DNA of 64,000 bases from an uncultured Planctomycetota bacterium. Lineage in GTDB: Bacteria; Planctomycetota; Planctomycetia; Isosphaerales; Isosphaeraceae. The notes under the pieces were generated by a model. It was given only the letters and a program-made list of their open reading frames with translations. It was not told the DNA's origin and ran no database searches. The translations under genes and the position numbers were made by a program. Location: positions 896,001-960,000 of the forward strand of contig CAWGMQ010000007.1 of NCBI GenBank assembly GCA_963823665.1. Direction: 5' to 3'. The stretch's first letter is position 1; each line of letters starts with the position of its first letter. Shown in pieces: positions 60,970-64,000 of the stretch.

Positions 60970-61278
60970 GGGAAGCCAGGGAAGCCAGACATCCACTCTG
61001 GCGAGTGGGTTCCGGAGAAGCCACGCGGGGAAGCCAGACATCCACTCTCTCGAGGGGAAGCCAGGGAAGCCAGACATCCGCTCTGTCGAGGAGTGGGGAA
61101 GCCAGACATCCACTCTGTCGAGGAGGGGAAGCCAGACATCCACTCTGTCGAGGAGTGGGGAAGCCAGGAAGCCAGACATCCACTCTGTCGAGTGGGTTCC
61201 GGAGAAGCCACGCGGGGAAGCCAGACATCGGGAAGCCAGACATCCACTCTCTCGAGTGGGTTCCGGAGAAGCCACGCG
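60970..61278 (+). repeat. Nested tandem array of gggaagccagacatccactct units
   Basis: 7 full cores (60979, 61028, 61064, 61096, 61126, 61167, 61230) and 4 truncated starts (60970, 61055, 61158, 61215). Confidence 0.95.
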
Positions 61279-61545
61279 AAGGTGGCTCGCACCGGTTCGC
61301 GTGCCGCGAATGCTGGGTGCCTCGCGGCCGATGCGACGCACAGCAGATACTATACCACGCGCGGTAAGCAACCGGGTGCGCTCTGGTGCCTCGCCGGCGC
61401 TCGCACGCATCGGTTGCTGGGAACCGTTAGAGATGGACGGCGGTGCTTTGTCGCGCCGGCGAAACGGAACGACGCTTGCCGGCCTTGAATCCAATCGAAT
61501 TCCGCACCTACCGCTACCACCAAGGCTCACAAGCGAGCCGCTTAC

Positions 61546-62270
61546 TTACAGAAACGCGACCTGCGCGGCCGCCTTGCCCTGAAACCAGCACCGTGAACAA
61601 CGCGGTGCGGCACGCACAAGCGAGCTCGCTCGACCTGCCGCTTGCTTGAACATGCGACCGAAGTCGCGCACCGTGTCCACCCAATTCGTTCGATCCACTC
61701 CCAGCCGGTCCAGGATGGGAGCCAGGTCTTCCGGGATTGCCCCACGCTTGTCCCGCCCCCCCGGCCCGTCCAATCGAGCAGCATGACGTACTTTCTGGTC
61801 TCGATCGGCAGAAATCCTTGATCCGACGCCGGCGCAGGGAGCGGCCGTTTTGACGCCGCCTGGAGCGGCACGGCCGAGACCGTGGCTGAGGAGCCAGCGT
61901 CGGCCATCAGCATCGCCAGGTCGTTGTCGTCGGGCTCCGCCGGCTCGCCCGTAACATCGTCGCGTTGCGGAAAGAGCTTGTGCCAGCGCAGAGCGACTTC
62001 GGTGTCGGACCACAGTTCGACGCGGTCGGGTCGATTGCGGAGCACAAGATGCAGATGGTTGCTCATAATGGCGTAACTACACACATCAATTCCGAAGAGT
62101 CCGGCGAGGTGGCGTAGGCGATCGATAATCCACGCCTTACGGTGAGAGTAATCACGACCGGAGTAGGAGTCGGTGCCGCGAAGGAAGGCTCTGCGGACGC
62201 ACCGAGCAATGCAGTCATACACACCGACGAACGCCTCTTGCACGATGTGGCGGCGTGCAGAGGCAGGCAC
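61546..62270 (-). pseudogene. Y1 HUH transposase (RAYT / IS200-like), internally deleted and frameshifted
   Basis: CIARCVRRAFL, YAIMSNHLHLVL (HUH) and YVMLLDWTGR...KRGAIP are present. The central FWxxRF / YVDLNP catalytic-Tyr block is missing. Confidence 0.85.
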
Positions 62271-62513
62271 GTAAGGCTCCATTACCATGCAGGTGCAGCA
62301 CGTTAGCGAGAGTATTCATAAGGTCAGTAATGGACAAAATAGCAACAGTGGCGCGGGTGTCAAGAGTCTTGAGAAAAAATTTGACAGACAGCGAAGAGGG
62401 TTCGCTCGGAGCGACCAAGACTTGCGACGACCGCCGCCACGGCTGCGCGGGGACGACCCTGGCGCGACATCTGGATGAGGGATGCCATCTTCACATCAGA
62501 TAGGTGGGTGTCT

Positions 62514-64000
62514 TTGCGTCAGGAAAAGCTCGAGAAAGGAGGAAGTGCCTCGAAACACAGAAACCTTTCATCGCGACCCTGCGGGTTAACGAATCCCGCC
62601 CGGCAGAGCCTGGCCGGCAGCCGGAAGCAAGTCTTGCGTGGGGAGGGGTGACCCTCACTGCGAAGCGTAGACAGCGAGTCTCCATGCCATGCTATCGAGC
62701 CCCGAAATACTCATCGTGGGAGCCTCCGTTGTAGACACAAGCGGGGGCCGTGTCGACACGCCGCAATGGCCTGGCGTGTTCGGTCCTGCCGGGGTCCAAG
62801 AACATGGCGCAGGGACGCGAGGGTTGCTCGGGAACCTGAGAGCCCCATCCGTCTCCACTGACATTTCCGGCTCGGGATCCGGAATACCAACTCCCCGGCC
62901 CACGACCTCGCGTCGGGTCGCTGGGAGCGAACAGGACGCAAGGGTGGTATCGCCACACGAAGGCAACGAAGTGCGGCGAAAGGGGCGGATGGGAGTCGGA
63001 GCGTCTCGTAGTACCGTTGAAGCCGGGGAACCACTCCGAGGGACCCGGTGGAGGGAAGGAGACGCCATGTCACACAACCGTTGGAGGGAAACATGGCGGG
63101 TGCATCGGAACCCGTGGACGTGTCCACGAAACAACAACGGATAGCGGAACTCGCTCGGCGAAGCCCGGAGATGGGATTCACATCCCTGGGGCACTTCATC
63201 GACCTCGATTGGCTGCTCACAGCTTACTACCGGACCCGCCAAGACGGGGCGGTGGGCGTAGACGGACAAGATGGCGAGGCCTACGCAGCGAACCTGGTCC
63301 CGAACCTACGGTCGCTGCTGGAACGAGCCAAGTCCGGTACGTACCACGCACCGCCTGTGCGGCGAGTGCATATCCCCAAGGCAGGCTCAGCGACCGAAAC
63401 CCGGCCACTGGGAATCCCGACCTTCGAGGATAAAGTGCTCCAGCGTGCTGTCGTGATGGTTCTGGAGGCGATATACGAGCAGGACTTCAAGAACTGCTCG
63501 CATGGCTTCCGGCCCGAGCGATCGGCACACACTGCGTTAGAGAGCCTGTGGCAACAGACGATGAACATGAAGGGCGGATGGGTAGTGGATGTGGACATTC
63601 GTAAGTTCTTTGACACGATTGACCACGGCCATCTACGCGACTTCCTCAAGCGTCGGGTGCGAGACGGAGTGCTGCTCCGGCTCATCGGCAAATGGCTCAA
63701 TGCGGGCGTCTTCGAGAACGGGTGCGTTACGCACCCCGAAATGGGGTCGCCACAAGGGGGTGTGATCAGCCCGATCCTTTCGAATATCTTCCTGCACTAC
63801 GTGCTGGACGAGTGGTTCGAGCGGGAGGTTCAGCCTCGGATGATGGGCAGATCGTTCTTGATCCGCTATGCGGACGACTTCGTCATGGTCTTCTCATGCG
63901 AGTCCGACGCACGGCGTGTGATGAATGTGTTGCCCAAACGCTTTGAGAAGTACGGCTTGACCATCCACCCGGACAAGACGCGGCTGGTGCCGTTCGAGCG
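62514..64000 (+). mobile_element. Group II intron (probably bacterial class D); runs off window end
   Basis: 5' TTGCG at 62514. Loop AGACAC (62733-62738) in the stem gcctccgtt/agcgggggc is complementary to exon GTGTCT (62508-62513). Conserved gcgaagcgtagacag block; RT ORF downstream. Confidence 0.88.
63093..64000 (+). CDS. ltrA: Group II intron reverse transcriptase/maturase (partial)
   Basis: Not in the ORF track. Manual translation gives [63 protein letters not shown] and IRYADDF. Confidence 0.97.
   Translation, partial: MAGASEPVDVSTKQQRIAELARRSPEMGFTSLGHFIDLDWLLTAYYRTRQDGAVGVDGQDGEAYAANLVPNLRSLLERAKSGTYHAPPVRRVHIPKAGSATETRPLGIPTFEDKVLQRAVVMVLEAIYEQDFKNCSHGFRPERSAHTALESLWQQTMNMKGGWVVDVDIRKFFDTIDHGHLRDFLKRRVRDGVLLRLIGKWLNAGVFENGCVTHPEMGSPQGGVISPILSNIFLHYVLDEWFEREVQPRMMGRSFLIRYADDFVMVFSCESDARRVMNVLPKRFEKYGLTIHPDKTRLVPFE

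Noticed and set aside
60970..61278. CRISPR array
   Set aside because: The inter-repeat segments are short (0-28 nt), re-used and derived from the flank, and there are no cas genes.
60777..61582. Several overlapping ORFs across the array
   Set aside because: They are translations of a stop-poor repeat in multiple frames.
63093..64000. Retron, DGR or defence RT linked to the array
   Set aside because: RT0 motifs, YADD and the upstream ribozyme with EBS1-IBS1 pairing identify a group II intron RT.

Overview
A GC-rich window that looks like a Planctomycetota (Isosphaeraceae-like) chromosome: it has a 'LEPRTLLS' export motif, ECF sigma/anti-sigma-kinase genes, DUF1080 and a csrA paralog. Many genes carry 1-2 nt frameshifts, probably long-read errors. 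From left to right: the 5' end of an IS4/Tn5-type transposase; a PadR / c-heme lipoprotein / RND / MFP efflux operon between two 40-bp repeats; and a ~19-kb accessory block bounded by a duplicated DUF1080-cupin segment. That block holds a TA-like pair, a Zn-finger Ser/Thr kinase, a TPR-sulfotransferase, a ~3350-aa secreted RHS protein and an ECF sigma whose tail and promoter are duplicated. Next come a resolvase remnant, a DHFR-like gene, csrA, a YfhO-like gene, argC, a five-gene Hsp70 / Hsp70-vWA / FHA / FHA / alpha-barrel-vWA operon, a DASS transporter, rarA and a PIN TA cassette. These are followed by an M14-S9 peptidase fusion, YitT, TlpA, a beta-helix protein and a glycosyltransferase. 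The window ends with an internally deleted Y1 HUH (RAYT-like) transposase, which has a nested 'stutter' array at one end and a group II intron inserted into the matching motif at the other. A ~0.5-0.7-kb non-coding element occurs twice, inverted and 30 kb apart. All family assignments come from motif recognition by eye; no database searches were run.
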